From: Mobula hypostoma
Taxonomy: Eukaryota
Direction: 5' to 3'
Length of the DNA: 64,000 nucleotides
Assembly (NCBI RefSeq): GCF_963921235.1
Contig: NC_086097.1
Coordinates: 90,398,001-90,462,000 of the forward strand
Positions within the stretch are counted from its first letter, which is position 1; each line of letters starts with the position of its first letter. The notes under the pieces are model-generated. The model searched no databases and was not told where the DNA came from. It saw nothing but the letters and a program-made list of their open reading frames with translations. A program made the position numbers and the translations under genes. Positions 12,746 through 25,680 of this stretch are shown one piece after another.

Positions 12746-13671
12746 TCTCCAGTGTGATGATCCTCGGAGAGTGTTATCAGTGCAATGTGTGCACAAGAAA
12801 AGCACAGAGAATGCCGCACTGGTGTGCACAGGTTGCTGTGATAATCAGCACAACCTCTCCATTTCATAAACAGTGCAAATATCAGAGGTACTCTACAAAT
12901 GTCTCCAAGGAGTTGGTGTCCCACTGGGTCTCATTAATTTGAATCTCTTTCCTGATTTATGTTAGGGTTTTCTTCTTGTTTTGCTGTGAGTGAGAAATGT
13001 AGGTCGTAGGTTGTGCCTTTCCCAACCAACTTCTGTCACTGAAATCTCACCCTGCAGTGCCTAGGCCCATTCCCTAATGGTCACTAGCCCATCTGGTATG
13101 ATTATGATCATATCATAACATGCAGTAAACAGTATGTATGATCAAATTGTGTAAGGAAACATGAGATAGGTCCAACTTCTAGGAATATTTCTCCACACTC
13201 TATGCCCCCTGCCAAGAGCTGTTAAAACTGGGAATCAGTTGAAAATCTCTTAACTGCCGCAGATGGATTGTTGTTAGATACGGTCTATTGGTGAGGATGA
13301 GTAGATGGAGGGAAGGTTCAGCTGAGTGTTGGTGTAGATGTATGGTGACTTAGATCCAAGAGATTCCTCCTGCACCTTTATTCCAATCAGGAGTTGCAAT
13401 TGATTCCACAAATCCACGTTGACCCTCCCTTGATCAACCAGCTGCTCTGCCACAATGCCACAAGAAACAGCTGGGTCTGTCACTTCTTGAATTTTCCTTT
13501 CCTTCCATATTAAGGAACAAGTGACACCTGTCATCCTATTTCTCAAGTTCCAGCAAGTTTTAGGGAAAGGAGAATGTTGAAAAGGACAATTCACTATGAT
13601 TAAGTATATTGCAAATTCAGTGCCTCACCACAACATAGTTGCGTGAGTTTAGGTGCTACCAGTAACTTAAA

Positions 13672-13863
13672 GGCCAGCCGGCAGTGCAGAGGCATCTACA
13701 CTGGACTTCGAGGCAAGTGGTCCCGGGTTGGAAGCTGGTCGACTCCTTGCATGTTTTCAATCCGTGCTGGGTCACAGCCTCATTAAAAAAAAAACAAACA
13801 AAAGTGCTAAAGAAACGACAAGGTGCCACCCAATGTGCCACAAGGTGAGGAAGGGAACAGCAA
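13672..13863 (+). mobile_element. tRNA-derived SINE (degenerate)
   Basis: tRNA-like head ggccagccggcagtgcagagg..cccgggttggaagc with A-box and B-box-like spacing, then an A-rich segment. Confidence 0.5.
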
Positions 13864-14547
13864 TTTAAAACCAGTTCTTTAACTGGCTCTGCTGGGAATG
13901 GACTTCAAATCTAGGGTGTGTTACCAATCTACTATTACATTGTGTGTATTACAGGCAGTGTTACTAATACATTGCTATTCAATCTCTTACTCTGCTAGTT
14001 CTGTGCTCTCTTCCCCTGTTTCATTCCACTTTAGTTGTTGCAATTCTCTGTCAATCTCATTAGACCTGCTGGCTGCTCACTGTCACAATGGCCCTTCCCA
14101 AATCAATTGTTCTCCCTCGTAGTCCAGGAATAATCAGGAGGCTCAACATATTTTTTTTTAATTAAAAGAGGTTGTTGGATGTTTAAGGTTTTGTACAACA
14201 AAAACAGATACTTGGAAAGAAGCCAATTTATTCATGAAGGAAATATTTGTACAAATATCTTAATCATTTTACAGTTTGATAGCCCTATTCCTACCCAAAA
14301 TATCTATTCATGGTTTGTCTAGTTAATTAACATTTACCTTTTAAATGCGTACATATGTATGTAGGTGATGATTGATTGGGGGAATGATGATTTGGATCAG
14401 GTATCCAAAATTTGTATCAAAATGGGAAAAGAAAAGATTGTGGCTATTTCGAATCAGAGGTACAATTAGAAAATGTTGGAATCCTCAACTGGTCAGACAG
14501 CAACCGTGGAGGGAGGATCAGCATTAAAGTTTCAGGTCAATAACTGT

Positions 14548-14772
14548 CACAAGAAAATCTGTGGATGCTGGAAGTCCAAAACAACACACACAAAAATTGC
14601 TGGAGGAACTTAGCAGGTCAGGCAGCATCTATGGAAATTAATAAACAGTCGATGCTTCGGGCCGACACCCTTCATCTGATGGTGGATCTTGGCCTGAAAC
14701 ATTAACTTTTTACTCTTATCCATAGACGCTGCCTGGCCTGCTGAGTTCCTCCAGCATTTTGTGTGTGTTTCT
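14548..14772. mobile_element. Penelope-terminus-derived fold-back mini-element
   Basis: Arms aacacacacaaaaattgctggaggaacttagcaggtcaggcagc / gctgcctggcctgctgagttcctccagcattttgtgtgtgtt; two head-to-head degenerate hammerhead cores; flanking ggtca(a/g)taac repeat. Confidence 0.8.
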
Positions 14773-14899
14773 ATGGTCAGTAACCTTACAGGCTCAAAAA
14801 TTGAGAGAGTAAATATGTTTGGAGTTGTAGAGAACGGGGAGGTGGAGAGGACAGATGGAATGTACAGTATCTAATCTGACATGCTGGCTTTCATCTGTC

Positions 14900-15475
14900 A
14901 GGACAATGAGTACGGAAGTTGCAAGATGCAAGATTGTACTTGAAGTATTATGTAAGCTTTTGTCACTCTGCTGTCATAAAAATGTTATTAAACTAGAAAG
15001 AATTCAGAGAAGATTTACATGGACGTTGCCAGAACTTGAAGGACTGAGTTACGGGGAGAGGTTTCATGGGCTAGGACTTTATTTCTTGGAGCATTGGAGA
15101 CTGAAAATTAATCTGGTTGAAGTGTATAAAAATCATGAGAGGCCTAGATAGAGTGAATGAACTTGGTCTTTTTCCTAGAAATGGGCAATCAAGAACTAGA
15201 GGGCATAAGTTTGTTAGAGGGGAAAGATTTAATAGGAACCTGAAGAGCAACTTTTTCACCCAGAAAGTGATCTGCATTATGGAAGGAGCTACCAGAAGAA
15301 GTTGTTGATGGAGATACACTAACAACTTCAAAAAAGTTGGATAGATAATGAATAGGGAGGCTTAAAAGTATATGGGGAAAAAAAACAGGTAAATGGAATG
15401 TGGTTGGATGAGCATCTTAGTTGGCATGGACTAGGTGGGCCGAAGGGCCTGTTTTCATGCTGTATGGCTCCATGA
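14900..15475 (+). mobile_element. CR1 LINE 3' fragment
   Basis: KLERIQRRFTWTLPELEGLSYGER; KIMRGLDRVN..RTRGHK..NFFTQ; CR1 3' UTR. Confidence 0.88.
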
Positions 15476-15594
15476 AGACCAAGACCGTGCCAGGATTTTG
15501 GTGGCTGTCTGTGAGAAGTGATGGAATATTTGTTGATCCTTTGGGAAGTGTATAGATAGAAGGTGATGAGTGACGGCAAATTGCAACTGTGTGA

Positions 15595-16070
15595 TGCAGA
15601 GCACAGCTGCAGCTGAAAACCTGAAAAAAAGGAAATGCAGCAAATCCCCAGTAGCCTGGATGTGCATCTGGAAAGCTAATGTTACAGGTGGCTGATGTTA
15701 ATCAGAACTGGCCAGGTAAAACGGTTTATCCAAAACTGCTGTTTTCAATGTGAAGTCCTGAGGGCAGCAACGTGCTGTGAAGATGAGCTCCTCAAGCTTA
15801 GATTGGGCTTCATTGGAACAGTGTCGGAGGTCAAATACAGGGTGGTCAGAGGCGGAATGGAATGAAGAATTGAAGTGGCTGGTGGCTGGAAACTTAGGGT
15901 CATCCTTGTAAACAGAACAGATGTATATTGTGAAGCAGTCATCCCGACCCATACCTTTGTTTCTATGTTGGAGAGCAAAGCACACTGTGGGCATTAAATT
16001 CAACTCCCTGGACTGTAGGAAGTGCAAAGGAACCTCTGTTTCTCCTGCAAGGACTGTTTGGGTTTCTGAG
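15595..16070 (-). mobile_element. Old Penelope-like 3' fragment (GIY-YIG C-terminal remnant)
   Basis: FPATSHFNSSFHSASD..HCSNEAQSKLEE aligns to LPVATHFNSTSHSHSD..YCKDEATLRLEE of the 17.6-kb copy. Confidence 0.7.
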
Positions 16071-16924
16071 GAGAGTAAAAGAGTAAAAGCCTTGTATCTC
16101 TCCAAGGCTATGTAGCAATTAGTGGACATCCTCATTAAAATAAAACGCTCACAGGAAACCTCCACTCCTCCATATGAATTCCAAAACCGTGAATGTAGGG
16201 ACCCTCACAGACAGTCCTGAATGTAGCTTTCTTTTTTGCCGAGTAAGTGACGTGATGCTTTGATATTGACATTGCCCTCCTGAGTGAGATGCAGTGAGAA
16301 GCATCCCACCAATTTAAAAAACAAGGCAGTGCCTACATCTTCTGGTAGAGCAAAACAGAGGAGAGCCAGTGTCTCCACTCGGTGAGCTTCACTATTAAGA
16401 ATGAGCTGGTTCACTGTCTCAGCCACAGTTCCTGTGGGATAAGAGAATACCTTGTAGGCCAACACATTATGGTCTCAACACTCAACATATGGTCATAGAG
16501 GATCTTTTGGTCTGACCTTGAAAAAAATCCATGGTTCACACCCCAGCTGGAGCCAAACAATCCTCCTGACTAACCCGTGTACGAGCATCAGAAAAAAAGG
16601 CAATGCTTTGGCAGGGAGGGAGCAAAAAAGTCTAACTTGAAGGATATCCTATTCCTGAGAAAATGCTTGAAGGCAATCTCGTCGTAAACGACAGAAAGAA
16701 AAGCACACGGCCCCAATCCTGGGACTTGCACTCATTAGGTTGTATCATCACCTGAGCGATGGACTACAACAATGTTCACGCTATCCCTATCTTGACAGGT
16801 ATTGATGACTGTTATGCTGACCATCTCCACGATCTCCATCAGCCTCAGCCCAATACAATGATGATTATAGAAATATTACTGCAGCAGAATCAGTGGTGAA
16901 AGTCTCAAGGTCCCTGTAAAGATG

Positions 16925-16998
16925 CAGTACTGTACAAAGGTCTTAGGCACCTAGCTATATACAGTATATATGTGCCTAAAACTTTTGAGCTGTATTGT
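16925..16998. mobile_element. Tc1/mariner-type MITE (short palindrome)
   Basis: cagtactgtacaaaggtcttaggcac ... gtgcctaaaacttttgagctgtattg; a relative lies at 41900-41960. Confidence 0.7.
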
Positions 16999-17242
16999 AG
17001 GTCTTCTCAGACAGCAGGTAAGGCAGATGACCTGATGACCCAAAATCAACAAGAGTCATGCAATGTCTACAGTGTCTTGAGGTCCATAATAACTAGCTTC
17101 CATGAGAAGATGCTTGCCTTCTGTATCAGAAAACATCAGGAATGCCTTGATTCGAGATCCAGGGGCTATTTAACATTCAACCAACACACATCAAAGTTAC
17201 TGGTGAACGCAGCAGGCCAGGCTGCATCTCTAGGAAGAGGTA

Positions 17243-17280
17243 CAGTCGACGTTTCGGGCCGAGACCCTTCGTCAGGACTA
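17243..17280 (-). ncRNA. Minimal type I hammerhead ribozyme motif (Penelope-associated), intact core
   Basis: Minus strand UAGUC-CUGACGA-A-GGGU(CUCG)GCCC-GAAA-CGUC-GACUG: stem I UAGUC/GACUG, cores CUGANGA and GAAA, stem II, GUC cleavage triplet, palindromic ACGU in place of stem III. Confidence 0.8.
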
Positions 17281-18932
17281 CTGAAGGAAGAGCTAGTAAG
17301 AGATTTGAAAGTGGGAGGGGGAGGGGGAGATCCAAAATGATAGGAGAAGACAGGAGGGGGAGGGATGGAGCCAAGAGCTGGACAGGTGACTGGCAAAAGG
17401 GATATGAGAGGATCATGGGACAGGAGGCCCAGGGAGAAGGAAAAGGGGGAGGGGGGAAAAACCCAGAGGGTGGGCAGGGGGTATAGTCAGAGGGACAGAG
17501 GGAGAAAAAGGAGAGAGAGAGAAAGAATGTATATAAATAAATAACGGATGGGGTACGAGGGGGAGGTGGGGCATTAGCGGAAGTTAGAGAAGTCAATGTT
17601 CATGCCATCAGGTTGGAGGCTACCCAGAGGGAATATAAGGTGTCGTTCCTCCAACCTGAGTGTGGCTTCATCTTTACAGTAGAGGAGGCCGTGGATAGAC
17701 ATGTCAGAATGGGAATGGGACGTGGAATTAAAATGTGTGGCCACTGGGAGATCCTGCTTTCTCTGGTGGACAGAGCGTAGGTGTTCAGCAAAACGATTTC
17801 CCAGTCTGCGTCGGGTCACGCCAATATATAGAAGGCCACATCAGGAGCACGGGATGCAGTATATCACCCCTGCCGACTCACAGGTGAAGTGTTGCCTCAC
17901 CTGGAAGGACTGTCTAGGGCCCTGAATGGTGGTAAGGGAGGAACTGTAAGGGCATGTGTAGCACTTGTTCCGCTTACAAGGATAAGTGCCAGGAGGGAGA
18001 TCAGTGGGGAGGGATGGGGGGCGGTGACGAATGGACAAGGGAGTCGCTTAGGGAGCGATCCCTGCGGAAAGCGGGGGGGGGGGTGGGAGGGAAAGATGTG
18101 CTTAGTGGTGGGATCCAGCTGGAGGTGGCGGAAGTTACGGAGAATAATATGTTGGACCTGGAGGCTAGTGGGGTGGTAGGTGAGGACCAGGGTAACCCTA
18201 TCCCCCCCCCACTCTGCTTTCCGCAGGGATTGTTCCCTACACGACTCCCTTGTCCATTCATCCCCCCATCCCTCCCCACTGATCTCTCTGTTGGCACTTA
18301 TCCTTGTAAGCGGAACAAATGCTACACATGCCCTTACACTTCCTCCCTTACCACCATTCAGGGCCCCAGACAGTCCTTCCAGATGAGGCGACACTTCACC
18401 TGTGAGTCAGCTGGGGTGATATACTGCGTCCGGTGCTCCCGATGTGGCCATTTATATATTGGCGAGACCTGACGCAGACTGGGAGATCGTTTTGCTGAAC
18501 ACCTACGCTCTGTCTGCCAGAGAAAGCAGGATCTCCCAGTGGCCACACACTTTAATTCCACGTCCCATTCCCATTCTGATATGTCTATCCATGGCTTCCT
18601 CTACTGTAAAGATGAAACCACACTCAGGTTGGAGGAACAGCACCTTATATTCCGTCTGGGTAGCCTCCAACCTGATGGCATGAACATTGACCTCCCTAAC
18701 TTCCGCTAATGCCCCACCTCCCCCTCGTACCCTTTGCCCATCCTCTGGGTTTTTCTCCCCCTCCCCCATTTCCTTCTCCCTGGGCCTCCTGTCCCATGAT
18801 CCTCTCATATCCCTTTTGGCAATCACCTGTCCAGCTCTTGGCTCCATCCCTCCCCCTCCCGTCTTCTCCTATCATTTCGGACCTCCCGCTCCTCCTCCCA
18901 CTTTCAAATCTCTTAATATCTCTTCTTTCAGT

Positions 18933-18970
18933 TAGTCCTGACGAAGGGTCTCAGCCCGAAACATCCATTG
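18933..18970 (+). ncRNA. Degenerate minimal hammerhead motif (right arm)
   Basis: tagtc-ctgacga-agggtctcagccc-gaaa-catc-cattg; cores kept, but the stem I 3' strand and ACGU palindrome are mutated. Confidence 0.6.
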
Positions 18971-19102
18971 TATCTCTTCCTAGAGATGCTGTCTGGCCTG
19001 CTGCGTTCACCAGCAACTTTGATGTGTGTTGGTTGAATTTCCAGCATCTGCAGAATTCCTCGTGTTTGTTACTTAACATTGCTCTTTCTATTCTGGACCG
19101 CT

Positions 19103-21699
19103 TGTTGTGTCTGTGATCGAAGTCACCAGAGAGACACTGAAGCTGATGATATGGAAGTTTTTATTCAGCACAACAAGCAGGCATCGGTCTGGAGACACTC
19201 TCAGAAGAAGCTCACAAACCCAAAGGTGATCAAAGGGAATGGTTACCATTTATAATATTAGTAGGTGATTCAATGCCATTTCAATAGTTACAATAACATT
19301 GTTTACTTCAATACTTTGGGTTGACAAATGGTTCCTTTGAGATACATAGTGGAAGCACTTTGTAATTGATAAGATCAGAGAGGCAAAGCGTGCACACGCC
19401 CAGCAAATCCACAGCCACTTCCAGGACAGCGGCGACACGCGGCGCATGTGGAAGGGCATTCAGGACATCACCAACTACAGGACAACACCACCTGCCTGTG
19501 CTGGTGATGCCTCCCTCCCAGATGCGCTGAGCAACTTCTACACTCATTTTGAGGCAGAAAATTTCATGGCGGCGAGGAAGACCACCCCTCCTCCAAATGA
19601 CCAGGTGCTGTGTCTTACCGTGGATGATTTGAGGAGAACCCTGTGCAGGGTCAACCCACGGAAGGTTGCTGGACCAGACAATATTCCTGGCAGAGTGCTT
19701 TGAGAATGTGTAGACCAGCTAGCAGAGATTCTCACTGACATCTTCAACATCTCCCTGAGCAGTGCCGTCGTTCCTACGTGCTTCAAGGCCGACACCATCG
19801 TCCCTGTGCCGAAGAAGTCTTCAGTGTCCTGCCTCAACAACTACTGTCCCATCGCACTCACATCCATCATCATGAAGTGTTTCGAGAGGCTCGTCATGAG
19901 GCACATCAAGACCCTGCTGCCCCCCTCACTGGACCCCCTGCAGTTCGTGTACCATCCCAACTGTTCAACAGACGACACCATTGCCATCACCCTCCACCTG
20001 GCCCTAACCCACCTGGACAAAAAAGACAGGTACGTTCGAATGCTGTTCATAGATTTCATTTCAGCATTCAACACAATCATTCCTCAGGAACTGATTGGAA
20101 AGCTGAGCCGACTGGGCCTGAACACCTCCCTCTGCAACTGGATCCTAGACTTCCTGACTGGGAGACCTCAGTCAGTCCGGATCGGAAGCAGCATCTCCAA
20201 CACCATCACACTGAGCACGGGGGCCCCCAGGGCTGTGTGCTCAGTCCACTGCTGTTCACTCTGCTGACCCACGACTGTGCTGCAACACACAGCTCGAACC
20301 ACATCATCAAGTTCACCGATGACACGACCGTGGTGAGTCTCATCAGCAAGAACGATGAGTCAGCATACAGAGAGGAGGTGCAGCGGCTAACGGACTGGTG
20401 CAGAGCCAACAACTTGTCTCTGAATGTGAACAAAACAAAAGAGGTGGTTGTTGACTTCAGGAGGACACGAAGCGACCACTCTCCGCTGAACATTGACGAC
20501 TCCTCCGTAGAGATCGTTAAGAGCACCAAATTTCTTGGTGTTCACCTGGCGGAGAATCTCACCTGGTCCCTCAACACCAGCTCCATAGCAAAGAAAGCCC
20601 AGCAGCATCTCTACTTTCTGTGAAGACTGAGATAAGTCCAACTCCCACCCCCCATCCTCACCACATTCTACAGAGGTTGTATTGAGAGCATCCTGAGCAG
20701 CTGCATCACTGCCTGGTTTGGAAATTGCACCATCTCGGATCGCAAGACCCTGCAGCGGATAGTGAGGTCAGCTGAGAAGATCATCGGGGTCTCTCTTCCC
20801 GCTATTACAGACATTTACACCACACGCTGCATCTGTAAAGCAAACAGCATTATGAAGGACCCCACGCACCCTTCATACAAACTCTTCTCCCTCCTGCCAT
20901 CTGGCAAAAGGCACCGAAGCATTCGGGCTGTCATGACCAGACTATGTAACAGTTTCTTCCCCCAAGCCATCAGATTCCTCAATACCCAGAGCCTGGACTG
21001 ACACCAACCTACTGCCCTCTACTGTGCCTATTGTCTTGTTTATTATTTATTGTAATGCCAGCACTGTTTTGTGCACTTTATGCAGTCCTGGGTAGGTCTG
21101 TAGTCTAGTGTAGTTTTTGTGTTGTTGTTATGTAGTTCAGTATAGTTTTTATATTGTTTCATGTAGCACCATGGTCCTGAAAAACGTTGTCTAGGTTTTT
21201 ACTGTGTACTGTACCAGCAGTTATGGTCGAAATGACAATAAAAGGTGACTTGACTTGAAGTTCCAAATGCTTTTGGGAGAAACTAGTTAACACAAATATT
21301 CTAAAACGTTTTGATGACAAAACTAATATTGTCAGGGCTGTCTCTGAGTACACAAACATGGTAAGTACATGAGAACTATTGATTGCCTATACCTGTGACC
21401 ATGTTTGTTCTGCCAAGTGACAACATCCGTCTGGTCTGCCAGTTTGAAATCAAGTCACAATGCCGCAAATAACTTAGCCACGTTGCCTGGTTTAATGCAA
21501 GCCAATTAACACAATCCCATTGTTTTAACGTTTGGCCCTTGCATATACAATCTCTTCATCTGTGGAGCAGCCTGTGTTTTAACTGTAATTCACAAAAAAA
21601 CTGAACACTATTTGCAAGCATCCTGAATGTATTTACATTTACAACATGAACTAAAGCCTGGTGCCTGTTTGAATTAATATCTGCTATATTCCTATAACT
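19103..21699 (-). mobile_element. Solo LTR interrupted by a Rex1/Babar insertion at ~19370-21258
   Basis: Segments 19103-19370 and 21260-21699 match in order the reverse complement of the copy at 35198-35739; AATAAA near the 3' end; ends CACAACA. Confidence 0.65.
19370..21258 (+). mobile_element. Rex1/Babar non-LTR retrotransposon, 5'-truncated, with RT domain, few disablements
   Basis: [85 protein letters not shown]; ends AATAAAAGGT(GACTT)n. Confidence 0.92.
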
Positions 21700-21962
21700 C
21701 CAGAATACTCCCTAACACAGCTGTACACTATACCATATATGCCTTAACCCCTAAATGCAATTACTGACCTCTTTCTCCCTGCAATACTACTGGCAAATGC
21801 CTTGCAGGATATCCATTAACATTACTCATTGTCTAACTGCAGATGGCTTTAGGCAGAACTCACTAATGCCAACCCCTCCTTGTATTTTGAACTCAGATTA
21901 TTCTGCCTTTGACGTATTGCTAAGTGTCCTTTACAATACTTTAACCTTTAATTGCAGATGCT

Positions 21963-22008
<46 letters not shown>
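21963..22008. repeat. Compound microsatellite (CT)n(CA)n
   Basis: Directly visible. Confidence 0.95.
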
Positions 22009-22012
<4 letters not shown>

Positions 22013-22730
22013 ATTGCTTTTTACTTTTATAAAAAATCACACACTCTCATGATTTGATTAATACATTCTTCTGTCTGGATTGTACATATTTTTTGTTCAT
22101 CTGATTGGAATGGCCAACCATCGGTACAAAAGAAAGCTGCTGTGTGGAAGAAAGTTTCTTTTGCTTTTACCAGTAGTCTAAAGCCTGCAAATACGCATTT
22201 CCACTAATACTGTACTCACATTGCAATTATTCATTTCAAGACAGAGACAGATCCCAGAGGCATCCTGTTATTTATGCGATGGCTTGTTATTTTGATAACT
22301 TTGTCTGGTTCCAGATGTAATGTTTGTCCTTTAAATAAATAATACTTTAGGACTTCCCTTCCAGCTTTCTGTCAGGTTGAAAGGTTCAACCCTGACACTA
22401 GGAGCCAATTTTTTGTTCACCATGAGTTATGCATTCTTGCTGCAGCTCTCTGGGTCCACTTGTATTCAGTACAAAATGTAAACACATCCTGTGCAATGTT
22501 GGTCGGAATGACTTTAAGAAATGTCTCAGGTGATGAGGTGATTTCTGTTTGCAATATTGTTTAGCGCTGTAATCATGTCTTCTGTAAGAATGCATAACCT
22601 ATGGTGTACGACACATAACTGAAGTTCTCATTACTAGATGCTGTGGGGTAGGGCTCATTTCATGCACGCCATACGCTGGAAAGGAAACCCTGAAGTATTT
22701 GATATACAGACACAAGATATGGTGAAAATT

Positions 22731-22985
22731 GGTGGCACAGTAGCGCAACTAGTAGTGCCGATGTCTCACAGCTCCAGAAACTCAGGTTCGATCCAGCCCT
22801 CCGATGATCTCTGCATGGAGTTTGCATGCTCACCCTTTAACTGTGGGCTAGCGGGTCAATCTGCCACTTTGAAATGCACCTAGTATGTGGGGGGACTGGT
22901 AGAATCTGGGGAGAGATGAAGATAGGATTAGTTTTAGCCAGGGGTTTTTGATGGTGAGTCAAAAGCCTGTTCCTGAGCTGTTGAT
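22731..22985 (+). mobile_element. tRNA-derived V-SINE (HE1-like)
   Basis: ggtggcacagtagcgca..tcacagctccag..ggttcgatcc..tgcatggagtttgcatgctc (A box, B box, V-domain start). Confidence 0.75.
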
Positions 22986-24687
22986 TTTATTAATCTATGA
23001 CAGGTTTTTCTTCTGAATCACCAAGATGTGACAAGTCATTGCACAGAAATAAGAGGCTTTAATTATCGCTGTAAACATCAGGGGGAGATAAAACTTATTA
23101 ACACATTTTGGTTTGCTGATAAAACACATTTTTCCACGCAAAGAATTGTTCTGCTCCTGGACATCAATCATTTCTGAATGAAAAAATGACATCACTGCAG
23201 GAAAAAAGGACAGAAATCATACAAAGTTAAGAGGTTGTACTGAGCAAATGGTTATAGGCATGATTTTTAGATTATAAATAGGCATGATTTTATGGATTAT
23301 AAAACAAGGAGGACTCAGTAGAAATTTGGGGTGAATAACTTACAAGGGGTTATAGGCTGGACTGTTGCACGTTCTGATTTCTGAGTTCGTAAGCTGAGTT
23401 CTGTGGAAGATCATGTAGAGTATAGCAGTATGTCATACTTCACTATCAGCTGTGGGTAAACGTGCCCAACGAGGATCACGTGTTGGGGAAAAAAAACAGA
23501 TGTAAAGCTGCAACAGCACATTAGTGCAAAGGGGGTTTATTTAGTCCTGGAGAAAAAAGTGTAAAAGCTGCCCGAAAGCTGTGAAGAAAAAAAATATTTA
23601 CAAGTAGACAAATGAAAAATAAACATGCCACTACAAAAATTTATAAATATGCAGAGTCTTTCTTCATAGCACACTTTGTCTTTAACTTTCTAATATAACT
23701 ATTCACCAACCATCAATCTAAACTCCAAACCTCTCTAGAAAAGCCAAAATGAGAGTTTTAAATCTGCCTCCGCCTGGCCTAGAAGGACCAGAAAATTCTA
23801 CTGTTGGTTGGGAGTTGTTTGGGGGGGGGGGGATAATTACATGACCAGACCAAAATAATTATTTTGGATGCAGAACTAGAACATTGTAAACAGGGATTCT
23901 AACATCCTTCAGTTTTATCCCACAACAAATGCCCTAGATAAACCCATAGATCAGTGTCCACATGCTCAGATGAATATAAAGAATAATGCCTCCCCACCAG
24001 TGGTGTTGCCTGTGTAGGGTGTGGTGTGCCTGCGCCCACTAACCCAGGCATTATTTTAGGACACCCCAGACTAACCCTTGGGTCTTTTGGGGCCATTCTG
24101 TTGTTTATAAGTGATGAAATGGTGTGAGTGAAAACAGATGAAACTGTTTGTAATGTCCGTGTCTAGAATTTTTATTTTTATGACTTATAAACCAGTAGAG
24201 CACATTAACTGAAGGGATTGTTTTTATTGGCAACACCAGTGATTATTTTACTGTTGGGCTGTGTAAATGGTGAACTCCCAAGAACTGCAGAAAGGGAGGG
24301 CGAAGTGTGTGAATTACTGGGGAAATGAGACCAGGGACAGAACAAGGGGTGACTAACCGGGCAAAGGGGCAAGGTTAGCGGGATATTTAGCATTGCCAAC
24401 CTGCTCTGTCACAAGGTAATGTATAAATGTGAAGAACAGGGAACCTGAAATAGAATTGACCACCTGTAGCGCAAGATACTGTATGTTTGTGTAAGTAAGT
24501 GTCATAGGTTACAATTGAGGGTTAAGGCTGTCTAAGGCACAGATTCTTGAGCTGATAATAAAGTATCTGAGTCCTGATGCAATATCTCAATTTGAACTGT
24601 CGGCTGTCTCTTTACCTCTACAGATGTTGCTTGAGATAGTCCAGCAATATGCATCTTTGGTATATTTAAAGTGGAGGCTGATAGCAT

Positions 24688-24876
24688 TGTGTTCTTAATA
24701 TATCAGTAACATTGTAAATATGTTGTTTGATTAAGCTTTCTGTTGTTTACATAATTCATTACAGGTTCTATGTAAAAGTATGTGGATGGCATACGTCATC
24801 ACACCACTACATCATATGTGCGCGCCTAGCTTAAAGTAAAGGGATTGAACTAAGCATACACATTCCAGATTCCATA
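24688..24876 (+). mobile_element. Probable partial solo LTR
   Basis: Begins TG, AT-rich, agtaaa signal; truncated where the Penelope RT fragment starts. Recognition is weak. Confidence 0.35.
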
Positions 24877-25680
24877 CCTCGACACGGTCTTATCCCCCCT
24901 TGTTCAATCCCTTCCCACCTATGTTTGTGACACTTCTCACACTCTGAATCTTTTCAATGATTTTAAGTTCCCTGGCCCCCACCGCTTTATTTTCACCATG
25001 GATGTTCAGTCCCTATATACCTCCATCCCCAACCAGGAAGGTCTCAAAGCTCTCCACTTCTTTTTGGATTCCTAACCAGTTCCCCTCTACCACCACTCTC
25101 TTCCGTCTAGCGGAATTAGTCCTTACTCCAACAATTTCTCCTTTGGCTCCTTCCACTTCCTCCAAACTAAAGGTGTAGCCATGGGCACCTGTATGGGTCC
25201 CAGCTATGCCTTCCTTTTCATTGGCTTTGTGGAACAATCCATGTTTCAAGCCTATACTGGTATCTGTCCCCCACTTTTCCTTCACTACATCGACGACTGC
25301 ATTGGCACTGCTTCCTGCACGCATGCTGAGCTCGTTGACTTCATTAACTTTGCCCCCAACTTTCACCCAGTCCTCAAGTTTACCCGGTACATTTCCGACA
25401 CCTCCCTCCCCTTTCTTGATCTTTCTGTCTCTATCTCTGGAGACAGCTTATCTACTGATGTCTACTATAAGCCTACGGACTTTCACAGCTACCTGGACTA
25501 TTCCTCTTCCCACCCTGCCTCTTGCAAAAATGCCATCCCCTTCTCACAATTCCTCTGCCTCCGCCACATCTGCTCTCAGGATGAGGCTTTTCATTCCAGG
25601 ATGAAGGAGATGCCTTCCTTTTTTAAAGAAAGAGGCTTCCCTTCCTCCACCATCAACTCTGCTCTCAAACGTATCTCCCC
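24877..25680 (+). mobile_element. Penelope-like element reverse transcriptase fragment
   Basis: FTMDVQSLYTSIP, GVAMGTCMGPSYA, LFLHYIDDCIG, LPFLDL, YYKPTD..YLDYSSSHP..KNAIPFSQF are Penelope-class RT and thumb motifs. Confidence 0.92.

Larger units (their letters stand above)
17178..19069. mobile_element. Penelope-like retroelement 3' region as a ~1.9-kb inverted duplication (GIY-YIG endonuclease remnant plus hammerhead-bearing terminus on each arm)
   Basis: Left arm (minus, ~17178-18200) and right arm (plus, ~18201-19069) are reverse complements. Both encode CKRNKCYTCPY..HFTCESAGVIYC..LYIG.T.RRLG.RFAEHL. Flanked by tatttaacatt (17167-17177) and tacttaacatt (19070-19080). Confidence 0.93.

Noticed and set aside
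19778..20623. 281-aa ORF as a host gene or active RT
   Set aside because: Part of a 5'-truncated Rex1 with a frameshift near 20225 and stops; not autonomous.
22731..22800. tRNA-like sequences here and at other SINE heads
   Set aside because: They continue into V-SINE bodies and lack a full cloverleaf; not tRNA genes.
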